Shown one piece after another: positions 1-8,585 of a DNA stretch of 64,000 nt (position 1 is its first letter; every line of letters begins with the position of its first letter). Made by a program: the position numbers and the translations under genes. A model generated the notes under the pieces. That model saw only the letters and a program-made list of their open reading frames with translations, did no database searches and had not been told where the DNA came from. Location of the stretch: positions 624 to 64,623 of the IMG/VR virus record IMGVR_UViG_3300047440_000139. One strand, given 5' to 3'. Origin of the DNA: a virus (Duplodnaviria; Caudoviricetes).

Positions 1-188
1 TTCCCCTGCAGGGTCTGGAACTTGTGCTGCCAGTCGTCGGCGGCCGGTGCGGCTGCGGGCGGCGGGTCTGCCGGGGGCTCGTTCGGAGGGGGTTGAGGTG
101 GTGTCTCCTGTCCGGCGATGATCTCGGCGTCCAGGGCTTCCACTTCCGCCGCCTGCCGCTGCACGGCCTCGGGCACTCGCGTATTCAT
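1..188 (-). CDS. Putative capsid scaffolding protein, N-terminal part (truncated by window edge)
   Basis: Manual translation MNTRVPEAVQRQAAEVEALDAEII...PPPAAAPAADDWQHKFQTLQG; GGAG RBS upstream; follows the portal gene and a small ORF in the head module. Confidence 0.65.
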   Translation of the reverse strand, partial: MNTRVPEAVQRQAAEVEALDAEIIAGQETPPQPPPNEPPADPPPAAAPAADDWQHKFQTLQG

Positions 189-242
189 TCACGTCTCCAG
201 CTGCAACTCGGGGTCGGCGGGGGCCGGTATCCCTATGGTCAG

Positions 243-494
243 CTACGTCAGCGGGACCTTGTGGCCCTGCTTCTGCAGCACGTCCCGTGCGGTTAGCACG
301 GTTCGGTGCAGTTCCCGGAGAGTAGCGAGGCGGCCTCTAAGCTCGTGGGCGTCTGCGTCGATACGCGCGCCGAGGAGCCTAAGGGTGACGGCCTCGATCT
401 CCGTCTTGAACATCTCGTCCACGTCGCGCCATCTCGGGGTCTCCTGCAGCTGGGCTAGGCCAGTGAGGGCGGCCGTCGTGGGCGTCGTAAGCAT
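243..494 (-). CDS. Hypothetical protein (head module)
   Basis: 83-aa helical ORF between portal and scaffold genes, same strand. Confidence 0.6.
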   Translation of the reverse strand: MLTTPTTAALTGLAQLQETPRWRDVDEMFKTEIEAVTLRLLGARIDADAHELRGRLATLRELHRTVLTARDVLQKQGHKVPLT

Positions 495-536
495 CTGGCC
501 GGACGCTGATCGCGCGACCGTCTTTTGTCAATACGA

Positions 537-2804
537 TCAGCGCATGTCGCCCTGCACCGGCGCTCCGTTCTCCAGCTGCTGGGCGTTGCCCTGGGTGGCC
601 CCCGGCCCCGGCGGCGTGCCGCCCTGCATGCCGCCCTCGGCCGGGCTGCCGCCCGCCGCCGGGGCCCCCGGCTGGGCCTGGGCGGTGAGCGCCGCCTGGG
701 CCTGCATCCTCTGGCGCAGGGTGTCGAGGTCGGGCACCACCTTGTCGGTGTCCATCTGCAGGGTCTTGGCGGTCTCGCGGAGCACGGCGGCCCGGCCCTC
801 GACGCCCATGATCTGCATGTCGACCGGGTTGGCGGTGGTGGCCAGGAACTCGGTGCGCCGCACCTGGGCGGCCTCGCGGGACACGAGGTTGCTCGCGCCA
901 CGCGCCACGATGTTCACGTCGCCCTTGAGCTCCTGATCGGTCTCGTAGCGCATGTTGAAGTAGTAGAGGCGCTCCAGCAGCGGCTCCATGACGTTGATGT
1001 CGATGTTCTTGATCACGCTGGTGATCATCTTCCCGGCGTTGGACATCAGCATGCTGAGCCCGCTGGCGGTGCGCCCCGCGCCAGCGGCCCGGCTGTCGCC
1101 GGTCATGTAGCGGGGGATGCCGCTGTACTCGTCGGCCATGGTGGTGAACTTGTCGAACAGCGCCATCAGGTCCGGCAGGGTCGACTGCGGCTGGAAGAAC
1201 CGGATCGGCGGGTCGGCGCTCGCCCCGCCCATCGGGTCGCTGTTCAGCTGCCAGATGCGCCACGGCTTCAACTGGGTGATCTGCTCCCCGGGCGCGATGC
1301 GGTCGGTGAGGATGCCCACCTGGGGACCGGAAGCGAGGGCGGCGTTGTTGATCATGGCGCGGCTGGCCGCGTTGACGATGTCCTGCGGGTCCTTCACGAG
1401 GTCGGCTACGCTGTTGCCCCAGAAGTTGCCGGGCACGCGTTCGTAGGACGTGGCGTAGTACGGCCGCCGGTTCAGCGGGTCGGGGTTGAGCGTCGCCTTG
1501 ATGACGTAGGGCCCGATCAGCCACGCCTCGACCTGATACTCCTTGGTCGCCTCGGGGACCTGGGCCTTGGTCATCCCCCAGTCCAGCAGCATCTGGCCGT
1601 TCACCGAGCCCCAATACTGCAGCCCGTCGATGATGCCGTCGGGGTTGGACGCGAGGCTGGTGCTGGGCCGCCCGGCCGCCTCCTCCTCGTCGATCTCGTC
1701 GTACAGCCACATGCGCATGCCGCTGCCGCCGTAGTTCTCCAGCACCGCCCGGATCGCCCCGTCGTCGTAGCCGGGGACACCGAGCATCTCCTGCAGGTCC
1801 TGGCGCGACAGCGGGTGGCGCTCGATGAAGTCGCCGTCCTCCGGCGAGGTGGCGCTCGGGCTCGGGTAGACCTTGAACGGGTCGACCCGCTCCCACTCCT
1901 TGCAGAGCTTGACCTGCACCACCGCCTCGCCCTGCGGACCCCAGGTCAGGTACGGCTTCATCCTGATCACCGGCCCCTTGATGACGGCGGTGGGGAAGGT
2001 GGTCAGGTCGTTGATGAACTCGTCGAGGGCCTGCATGAACCCGCCTTCGAGCAGCTGGTCCTCCATCTTGTCGGCCATGCGCGCGACGCGCTTCTCGGCG
2101 ATCTCGCGGACCGCCCCGAGGGCTTGGTCCTTCATCATCGAGATCATCTTGACCGTCGCCATCGGGTCGGGCGGCTCGCCCTGGCCCTGGGCGGCGGCCA
2201 TCATCTGGTCCTTGAGCGGGCCGGTCGCGGCCGCCACGATCAGGTCGTTCACCTCCGGCGGGAGCTCGGCGATCGGGGTGGGCGTGATGGACCACGGGCG
2301 TTCCTCGCCCGTCGTCATCATCACGTCCCTGATCCACGCGGCGGCCGCCCGGCACTTGTGCCCGGTCAGCCCGGCGTACACCTCGCTGCCGCCCTCCTGC
2401 TGGATGGCGGCCAGCTTCTGCGGGGTGTAGGTGGCCCGGCGGGCGCGCATGTTGTCGAGCATGCGCTGCTCGATGCTGCCGAACCGCCGCGCGTCGCGCG
2501 CCAGGGTGAACTTGTGCTTGATGTGCCCGGCCAGCCCGGTGATCAGCGGGGCCGCTTGCCGCTGCTCGGCGGCGGCGCGGTCGTCGGCGTCCCGCTGCTG
2601 CAGCGCGCCGAGGCTCATGGCCCGCATGCCGGAGTTCTGCAGCACCACGACATTGGAGCCGCCGCTGTTGGCCGGACCGGCGGGCGTGGTCACCGCGCCG
2701 GGGATGGCGGTCGACCCTGCGACAGGCGGCGCATAGCCGCCGCTGCTCCCGAAGGGGCTGGGGCTTGGGGGGATGCCGCCCCCGCCGGGCGTCATGACGG
2801 CCAT
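537..2804 (-). CDS. Portal protein
   Basis: 755 aa directly after TerL; motifs ERVDPFKVYPSP, SYERVPGNFWG, NAASRAMINNAALASGPQ, RTASGLSMLM typical of podovirus-type portals. Confidence 0.85.
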   Translation of the reverse strand: MAVMTPGGGGIPPSPSPFGSSGGYAPPVAGSTAIPGAVTTPAGPANSGGSNVVVLQNSGMRAMSLGALQQRDADDRAAAEQRQAAPLITGLAGHIKHKFTLARDARRFGSIEQRMLDNMRARRATYTPQKLAAIQQEGGSEVYAGLTGHKCRAAAAWIRDVMMTTGEERPWSITPTPIAELPPEVNDLIVAAATGPLKDQMMAAAQGQGEPPDPMATVKMISMMKDQALGAVREIAEKRVARMADKMEDQLLEGGFMQALDEFINDLTTFPTAVIKGPVIRMKPYLTWGPQGEAVVQVKLCKEWERVDPFKVYPSPSATSPEDGDFIERHPLSRQDLQEMLGVPGYDDGAIRAVLENYGGSGMRMWLYDEIDEEEAAGRPSTSLASNPDGIIDGLQYWGSVNGQMLLDWGMTKAQVPEATKEYQVEAWLIGPYVIKATLNPDPLNRRPYYATSYERVPGNFWGNSVADLVKDPQDIVNAASRAMINNAALASGPQVGILTDRIAPGEQITQLKPWRIWQLNSDPMGGASADPPIRFFQPQSTLPDLMALFDKFTTMADEYSGIPRYMTGDSRAAGAGRTASGLSMLMSNAGKMITSVIKNIDINVMEPLLERLYYFNMRYETDQELKGDVNIVARGASNLVSREAAQVRRTEFLATTANPVDMQIMGVEGRAAVLRETAKTLQMDTDKVVPDLDTLRQRMQAQAALTAQAQPGAPAAGGSPAEGGMQGGTPPGPGATQGNAQQLENGAPVQGDMR

Positions 2805-2815
2805 GTCCTACCCTC

Positions 2816-4228
2816 TCACGTCCAGCCCATCGCCGACACCCTCTGCACCGGCCGCGCCATCTGCCGCTGGTTCACCGCCCCGCCCTGATCAGCATCTGCG
2901 TGCAGGCAGGCGTACTGGTCGGCGTCGGCGATGTGGCTGTGGATGTTCTTCTCCGGCTGATCCTCGCTCTCGCCGGATTTCTTGAGCTTGTAGCGGTAGC
3001 CCCCCCGCAGGGCGGTGATCAAGGGGCGAGCGCCTTCCGGGCACAGGAGCCGCCCCGGGCCGCCGTCGATCTGCCGGTTGAGGAACTTCTCTACCGCGCC
3101 GACGCGCGCCGCCGTCACATTGGTGCGGGCCGGGATGGACTTGAGCCCGGAGCGCTGCACCATCTCGAAGCAGGTGCGCTCGTCGGTCTGCGCCCGCGCC
3201 TGCCCCGCCGGATCACCCACGACCAGGGCCGGGAAGCCCGGAAACTTGGACGCCAGCAGCGGCTTGAGCTTGGTGTTGAGGAACCGCTCGATGCCCATGT
3301 TGTCCGAGGTGAGGGCGTCATAGGTCAGGAACCTCCCGCGCAGGTCCAGCTGGCTGATGGTGGCGCTGGGGTTGAGCCCGAAGTCCATGCCGATGATCAG
3401 CGGCCGCTCGACCAGCCGGATGGGATTGAGCCGCTGCTTGGCGATGTGGAAGTCGGAGCGGAACGTCCGGTACACGGGCAGGCCAGCGAGCGACTTCCCG
3501 AACTTGGCGTGGACGTAGACGTCTATCCAGTCCTGGCCCTTCCCCTGCATCAGGTTGGGGTAGTAGTCCTGGGGCAGGTAGTCGAGCCAGTCGGCCTCGG
3601 CGGACATGCCTGACGGCTGGATGTACACCCCGCAGTTGGGCGGCGGGTCGTTGAGCAGGAGCTCCCAGCTGGTGTCCATGTCGGGCGGGTTCGACGCGCC
3701 CCAGATGTGCTTGTTCTCGGTGCCGTCGTCCTTCACGCAGCCGACGCCGTTGTCCAGCTTCGACGGGTAGCGGCCGACCCGGCCCTGCAGGGCGTCGAAC
3801 ACCGCGCCGCTGATCTCGCGGAATTCGTCGATGATGCCGAAACTGGTCTGGAGCGACAGCAGGCGGCGCACGTCGTTCTGGTCGTCGAGGCCCCTGAACA
3901 GCACCTCGCACTCGACGTTGCCGAACCGCAGCATGAACTTGAGGTCGGTGCGCAGGAAGTTCCCGGCCAGCCCGTCAGGGAACCAGCGCAGGAAGTCCGG
4001 GATGGATGTGTCTTTCAGCTGCTCGCGGGTGTTGCGCACCCACACCGCCTTGGAGCGCCGGATGCCGTCGCGACAGGGGGCCATCTGGGCGGCGTGGTAG
4101 GCGATCTTCATGATCGCGGCGGTGGTCTTGGTGCTGCCCACCGGCCCGACGATGAGCTCGATGAACTTCTCCCCCAGGAAGAAGGGAGTGACCGATCCTA
4201 CTGGAGTGTATTGAAGTGTTTCAGTCAA
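2816..4228 (-). CDS. terL: Terminase large subunit
   Basis: Walker A-like GPVGSTKT, VRNT motif, Walker B IIDEFRE, GASNPP coupling motif, RNase H-like GMDFG, GDPAG and HSHIADA. Confidence 0.92.
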   Translation of the reverse strand: MTETLQYTPVGSVTPFFLGEKFIELIVGPVGSTKTTAAIMKIAYHAAQMAPCRDGIRRSKAVWVRNTREQLKDTSIPDFLRWFPDGLAGNFLRTDLKFMLRFGNVECEVLFRGLDDQNDVRRLLSLQTSFGIIDEFREISGAVFDALQGRVGRYPSKLDNGVGCVKDDGTENKHIWGASNPPDMDTSWELLLNDPPPNCGVYIQPSGMSAEADWLDYLPQDYYPNLMQGKGQDWIDVYVHAKFGKSLAGLPVYRTFRSDFHIAKQRLNPIRLVERPLIIGMDFGLNPSATISQLDLRGRFLTYDALTSDNMGIERFLNTKLKPLLASKFPGFPALVVGDPAGQARAQTDERTCFEMVQRSGLKSIPARTNVTAARVGAVEKFLNRQIDGGPGRLLCPEGARPLITALRGGYRYKLKKSGESEDQPEKNIHSHIADADQYACLHADADQGGAVNQRQMARPVQRVSAMGWT

Positions 4229-4244
4229 CGCTGTAACCTAGGCC

Positions 4245-4694
4245 ATGACCGGCCCTCGACCTAACAACCGCCCGATGCTCGTCCATCGAAACACCACGCA
4301 TGGCCTGTCCAAGCACAAGGCTTACCGCGTCTGGTGTACGATGCGAAGTCGCTGCACCCACCCGTCGCAGAAGCAGTTCAAGGATTGGGGCGGCCGGGGG
4401 ATCAAGGTCTGCGACCGCTGGCAGGCGTTCGAGAACTTCTGGGAGGACATGGGCTTAGGGTGGGCCGAGGGCCTGATGATCGAGCGGATCGACAACGATC
4501 TCGACTACCAGCCCGGCAACTGCCGGTGGGCAACCCGCATCGAGCAGGCGAACAACAAGCGCCACACCGTCTGGCTCGACACGCCGAGGGGCCGCATGTC
4601 GATGGCGAACGCCGCCAGGGCTTACGGCATTCCCCGGGCGAAGATCAGGAGCCGCTACTACCGGAGCAAGCCCATGGACGACCTCTGGGTCTGA
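4245..4694 (+). CDS. HNH homing endonuclease (antisense to the packaging operon)
   Basis: THGLS, W..MRSRC, WGGRGIKVCDRW..FENFWEDMG, IERIDND..YQPGNCRWAT..EQANNKR. Confidence 0.88.
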   Translation: MTGPRPNNRPMLVHRNTTHGLSKHKAYRVWCTMRSRCTHPSQKQFKDWGGRGIKVCDRWQAFENFWEDMGLGWAEGLMIERIDNDLDYQPGNCRWATRIEQANNKRHTVWLDTPRGRMSMANAARAYGIPRAKIRSRYYRSKPMDDLWV

Positions 4695-4707
4695 GTTATC
4701 CACAGGT

Positions 4708-4748
4708 CTTCAAACAACGCCACCCGCACGCTTGCGCGTGCGGGTGGC
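4708..4748 (-). terminator. Hairpin, possible intrinsic terminator
   Basis: 13-bp perfect stem GCCACCCGCACGC/GCGTGCGGGTGGC (4719-4748); on the minus strand the loop is GCAA and GUUGUUUG follows. Confidence 0.5.
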
Positions 4749-4830
4749 CCTGGAAGCCAGGGTGGTCATTCTCCGGGCCGCGGTGAAAGCCGTCGGGCCA
4801 GCCGTGGGTTCGACCCGGAGGGGCAGGGTC

Positions 4831-5172
4831 CTAGCTTTGCAGGAAGCGGGTCCACGTCCCCTCCAGGGACGAGACGTAGAGAGCGCCCAGCCCATTGCCG
4901 TGGGCCAGGGACGCACCGCCGTTGATCGACGCACCTCCGTAGCCCCAGACCGTCATCGACGCGGCCCCCTGGTTCTGGATGAAGATCGTGTCCCCTCCCA
5001 TGGTGAACGGCAGGGTGATGCTGTCGGCGGCCGTGGCGACGGCGGTGACCTTCACGTAGGGCGCGGTGACCAGGGTATCCCCGGCGGCGACCGCACCGCC
5101 GCCGGGCTTGGCTGCGGCGATGATCTGCTTGGGGCCGGGAGGCGGCAGCTGGGAGGCGAGGGCGGCGACCAT
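4831..5172 (-). CDS. Hypothetical protein, possible small virion or decoration protein
   Basis: GGAG RBS before MVAALASQ; 113 aa, G/A/T-rich and beta-type in composition. Confidence 0.55.
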   Translation of the reverse strand: MVAALASQLPPPGPKQIIAAAKPGGGAVAAGDTLVTAPYVKVTAVATAADSITLPFTMGGDTIFIQNQGAASMTVWGYGGASINGGASLAHGNGLGALYVSSLEGTWTRFLQS

Positions 5173-5248
5173 GGGGTTTGTCTCCTGGGGTCCAGGGGCG
5201 TGACGTCCCTGGTAGAGGCGGGGGCCGAAGTGGCTAGGAGAGCGGACG

Positions 5249-6022
5249 CTACGCCGGTTTGACGGGGAGGCCAAGGCTGGACGGCGGCGACAGGCTGCCC
5301 GTGCCCCCGCCGAACGCGGCCGCCGCGCCGGGCCCTGCGTTCGGGACGTAGGCGGGCCTGCCGATCTGGCCAGGGTGACGCACGTCGAAGTCAGGCACCC
5401 TGAGGTTGGAGATGGTGGTGGGCGGCGCGGGGGGTGCGAAGTCCAGGGCCATGGTGGGCGGGGCCAAGGTCGCCCTGGCCGGGGCTGGGATAGGCTCGGC
5501 CAGGGCGTCCCCGCCGCCCGGCTCCCGCGTCTGCGCGGATGGGGGAGCCAGTGGGGGTGATTGCGCCGGGGACGGCGCAGGAACGAGGGCGGGGCCGGAG
5601 TGGATGACGTCCGACCCGTTGACCTGAATGTTGATCTGGAACCCGTTGCCCGCCGCGCCCGGCTGGGTGGAGAGGGGCTGCGGCTTCAAGCGCCCGATGT
5701 CGGTCAGCTGCTTGGCCACCTCCACGGTCAGCGGCGGCGGGATGGCCCCGGCCATGCTCTGCTGGAATAGGCGGGTCAGCAGCGCCTCGGCCATCATCCC
5801 GGCCTTGGCCACGAACAGCATGCCCTGGTCGTGGAACTCGTGTCTTTTTTGCGCGACGAGACGACCGAACCATTCCTGGGACGCGAGGAGCTCGTAGTCC
5901 GTGGGGTCGACGCCGTATCGCTCGGCGATCTCGTGCGGATGCTCCGCGCCCATGGCCAGTTCGGCCACCATTTCAGGGCTGTAGTGGAGGATCAGCGAGA
6001 AGCCGGAGGCGTCGTCTGGCAT
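5249..6022 (-). CDS. Putative terminase small subunit
   Basis: N-terminal HTH-like HEIAERYGV, helical core, GFQINIQV strand and Pro-rich tail; upstream of TerL. Confidence 0.55.
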   Translation of the reverse strand: MPDDASGFSLILHYSPEMVAELAMGAEHPHEIAERYGVDPTDYELLASQEWFGRLVAQKRHEFHDQGMLFVAKAGMMAEALLTRLFQQSMAGAIPPPLTVEVAKQLTDIGRLKPQPLSTQPGAAGNGFQINIQVNGSDVIHSGPALVPAPSPAQSPPLAPPSAQTREPGGGDALAEPIPAPARATLAPPTMALDFAPPAPPTTISNLRVPDFDVRHPGQIGRPAYVPNAGPGAAAAFGGGTGSLSPPSSLGLPVKPA

Positions 6023-6144
6023 GGCATGAGTGTAGGGGAAGGCCCGGAGCGGGGCCAGCCCGGGGAGGCTGGCCCCTGGGTCCCGCCGGAGAAGTTCCTT
6101 GGGGGGGCTGTTCAGTGTGACGTGACCGTGCCGGGAATATAAGC

Positions 6145-6306
6145 TTAGGCTTCGTCCTCGACAAGGGCAGCGCTGGCGATGCGCGTCGCGCGGCGGCGGT
6201 AGTCGTCCTTGAAGTCCTCCGGCTGCTCCTCCCAGAGATCGAACAGGGTCGACTTGAACGTCTCGTCGAACAGCGCCTTGGCGGCGCGTTCTGGGTCGAT
6301 GTGCAT
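6145..6306 (-). CDS. Small hypothetical protein (53 aa)
   Basis: Manual translation MHIDPERAAKALFDETFKSTLFDLWEEQPEDFKDDYRRRATRIASAALVEDEA; GC-rich third codon positions; below ORF-track cutoff. Confidence 0.6.
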   Translation of the reverse strand: MHIDPERAAKALFDETFKSTLFDLWEEQPEDFKDDYRRRATRIASAALVEDEA

Positions 6307-6520
6307 GGTGTGGGTTCCCAAGGTTCGATGCCCCTCGGACGGAGAGAGTGCGGGGATTTGGGGTGGGAAACAAGGGGGAACGTGAGTGTGTGCTCAGTAG
6401 ACACCCCAAGGATTTTTGGGTTGTGGGCTGAGACGAACGGTTAATGGACCGGGCACCCCCACCCCCCTCGGTCCCATACCCCCCCGTCCCCCCCGCCTCA
6501 CGTCTGGAACGGTGTCGGAT

Positions 6521-6549
6521 TTGACTTCGCCGTCTATTTGATAGACATT
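6521..6549 (+). promoter_or_regulatory. Possible sigma70-type promoter of the early arm
   Basis: TTGACT at 6521, weak -10 (GACATT at 17-nt spacing), at the strand-divergence point. Confidence 0.4.
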
Positions 6550-6698
6550 CTTGGGGCGGGGCGAAGCGCGTCTCGCATGCGGTCATGAAGACCAGTGATC
6601 TTTGAAATCGTGAAACGAGGCGATACCCGAACGCATAGCGCGTTGGGTTCCCCGCCGCTTGGCCGCCCGTTCAAGGGATCGGTCGAGCTAGCCCTAGG
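6550..6698 (+). ncRNA. Putative structured RNA or leader (RNA-1) containing a boxA-like motif
   Basis: Stems GCGGGG/CCCCGC (6556-61/6650-55), CGTCTCG/CGAGGCG (6569-75/6616-22), ACCCGAACGC/GCGTTGGGT, GCTTGGCCG/CGGTCGAGC with G-U pairs; TGATCTTTGAAAT at 6596-6608. Confidence 0.5.
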
Positions 6699-6699
6699 G

Positions 6700-6717
6700 G
6701 TTTACCCCGGGGTAAAC
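6700..6717. repeat. 18-bp palindrome copy 1
   Basis: GTTTACCCCGGGGTAAAC exact; 24 nt before ATG 6742. Confidence 0.97.
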
Positions 6718-6741
6718 ATTCACATATCAAGGATACTTGAA

Positions 6742-7518
6742 ATGACCAAAGCTACCCTTAAGACCATCTCCGCCGCGAACGTGTCCAAGGTTGTTGACGG
6801 CCTCGTTGCCGTTGCCGTCGAAGACGCAAAGGCCGGTGTGTCGCGCCTCTCGCAAGTCGCGGCCATCGTGCGTTCGCTAGGACGCCCGATCACCGGGGCG
6901 GAATGGGACAGTCTCGTGAAGCCCGGTCTAGTCGCCGGGCTGGAGAAGTCGAAGATCAAGAACCCGGGCGTCATGGCGTCGAAGTTCAAGACCGCCGGTC
7001 TTGGTCTCGCCTCCGGCCTCCCTCAGTTCAAGGCCAACGGCCGAACCCTGCGAGACTATCTCGCCGAGTGCGCCGCGCCGATCCGCGAAGCCGTCCTTAA
7101 GGACGGGCGTGCGATCGTGGACACGGCCAAGAACGGAGGGCGGAAGCCTACCACGGCGAAGGCCAAAGCCGCCGCGAAGGCCGCGAAGGCCACGGCCAAG
7201 GCGACCGAAACCCTTAGCGCGTCCAAGTCGGATGACGCGGGGCATGACGTGTCGCGCTATCACGCGCTCGCCGTGTCCCTGATGGGTTCCGAGGCCGCCG
7301 GGACGATGCTGCTGGCGATCCTTAAGGATCACCGCGCGGCGTTCGATCTGTGGGCCAAGGACCAACTGGCGAAAGCCGTGGACACGTCCAAGCCCGCGAA
7401 GGCCGCGAAGCCCGCGCCGGAACCGTCCAAGGACGACAAGGCCATTGCCGCGCAACTGCTGGCCATGGCCAACGCGTCCAAGGCGCGTGCCGACAAGGTG
7501 AACGGCAAGGCCAACTAA
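6742..7518 (+). CDS. Lys/Ala-rich hypothetical protein (first gene of the early arm)
   Basis: AAGGA RBS; 258 aa with AKAKAAAKAAKATAKA and KPAKAAKPA tracts; followed by a terminator. Confidence 0.8.
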   Translation: MTKATLKTISAANVSKVVDGLVAVAVEDAKAGVSRLSQVAAIVRSLGRPITGAEWDSLVKPGLVAGLEKSKIKNPGVMASKFKTAGLGLASGLPQFKANGRTLRDYLAECAAPIREAVLKDGRAIVDTAKNGGRKPTTAKAKAAAKAAKATAKATETLSASKSDDAGHDVSRYHALAVSLMGSEAAGTMLLAILKDHRAAFDLWAKDQLAKAVDTSKPAKAAKPAPEPSKDDKAIAAQLLAMANASKARADKVNGKAN

Positions 7519-7533
7519 CCCGAACGTCAACCT

Positions 7534-7566
7534 AACCCCGCGCCCATTGGGCGCGGGGTTTTTTTT
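7534..7566 (+). terminator. Intrinsic terminator
   Basis: AACCCCGCGCCC-ATT-GGGCGCGGGGTT followed by a T run. Confidence 0.9.
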
Positions 7567-7575
7567 GTGCCTTGC

Positions 7576-7593
7576 GTTTACCCCGGGGTAAAC
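7576..7593. repeat. 18-bp palindrome copy 2
   Basis: Exact (extends to 20 bp); immediately after the terminator. Confidence 0.97.
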
Positions 7594-7627
7594 GTCCCAC
7601 CCGTCTCACACTTGCGTCAACCCAGAC

Positions 7628-7659
7628 ACGCATGCGTCATTAGACGCATGCGTTTTTTT
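7628..7659 (+). terminator. Second intrinsic terminator
   Basis: ACGCATGCGTC-ATTA-GACGCATGCGT followed by a T run. Confidence 0.75.
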
Positions 7660-7669
7660 GTGCGTTGTC

Positions 7670-8000
7670 AAGGGGTTACCAGGCCACGTGAGGATGCGTC
7701 GCAGACATGGGCTGCAAAATCGGGGGCTCAGGGCTACCATTTGGTATCGTTGGTAATGTCCAAAATCGGGACGTTACCACGAGGATGCCAGGCCAACTCG
7801 CTGAAATTCCTCATTTAATTTATATAACTATATAGTTATCTGTATATTAGGACCAATAATCCGGCTCAAAATTGGACAGCCCCCCCACGCGCGCCCGGGC
7901 GCATGGATTTCGGGCGGCTGCGTCAGCCCCCAACCCTCCCAGCATTTGTCTTCCCAACCCAAAACCCCGGATTATTGTGAGACACCTGATTATTCCTTCA
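7670..8000. other. AT-rich non-coding region, candidate replication origin
   Basis: AT tract 7813-7860 containing the 16-bp palindrome ATAACTATATAGTTAT (7824-7839); CAAAATCGGG twice; inverted pair AATAATCCGG/CCGGATTATT. Confidence 0.45.
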
Positions 8001-8079
8001 AAATCAAATACTTCCACAACACTTGCCTCTCCCCCTGTATCGCGATACGTTGGACATCACCTCAAAAAAGGATGCTAAA

Positions 8080-8535
8080 ATGCCTCGACCGAGCAAGTTC
8101 TTCCCTGCGAATGGCCGTCTCAGCGTGGTGCTGACGCCTGAGCAGTTCTCCATGCTCGACGCATTGGCCATGTACTGGCGCATCACGCGCACCGCCGCAG
8201 TCATCCATCTGATCGAGCGCGCGGCCGAACTCAAAATCCCGTTCGACGTCACCGAGCAGAGCAGGATGTCCATCCGCTCACCGGACGCTCCTAACGACAA
8301 CGTCCATCTCCGATACGTTTCCATCCCTGGCGAGTACGGTGGTCCGTTGCATGTGTGGTGCTTCGATCCCGACGTGGATGGGAAGGTGAAGTTGGCCGAG
8401 CCGCAGTTCATCATCGGCAAGATCGACGACGTGGCCGCACTCAAAATTCCCAGGACCACGGTGGCCAAGGCTTTGACCTGGGCGGCGACGCACGCCTACC
8501 GTCCGCCGGGCTGGCCGCATCTGCCGCGCCCCTGA
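8080..8535 (+). CDS. Putative ribbon-helix-helix DNA-binding protein
   Basis: N-terminal RLSVVLTPEQFSMLDALAMYWRITRTAAVIHLIERA fits the CopG/Arc-like strand-helix-helix pattern; AAGGA RBS. Confidence 0.55.
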   Translation: MPRPSKFFPANGRLSVVLTPEQFSMLDALAMYWRITRTAAVIHLIERAAELKIPFDVTEQSRMSIRSPDAPNDNVHLRYVSIPGEYGGPLHVWCFDPDVDGKVKLAEPQFIIGKIDDVAALKIPRTTVAKALTWAATHAYRPPGWPHLPRP

Positions 8536-8547
8536 CCACAGAAAAAT

Positions 8548-8565
8548 GTTTACCCCGGGGTAAAC
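8548..8565. repeat. 18-bp palindrome copy 3
   Basis: Exact; 20 nt before ATG 8586. Confidence 0.97.
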
Positions 8566-8585
8566 GCTACGCTTAAGGTGGCCTC

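Noticed and set aside
525-2888. Long antisense or alternate-frame ORFs (also 16652-18334, 27312-29435, 36603-39209, 38753-41122, 42293-44272, 44813-47050)
   Set aside because: Shadow ORFs expected in high-GC coding DNA; they overlap well-supported genes and lack motifs
4770-4825. tRNA-like element (GGTTCGACCC resembles a T-loop)
   Set aside because: No convincing D-arm, anticodon arm, acceptor stem or CCA could be built
4245-4830. Group I intron interrupting terL
   Set aside because: TerL seems complete from Walker A onward, the HNH gene is antisense, and no P7 or other core intron motifs were recognised
6023-6586. N-terminal extension of the 445-aa ORF 5249-6586
   Set aside because: Low-complexity translation crossing non-coding DNA and a better 53-aa ORF; the start at 6022 is preferred
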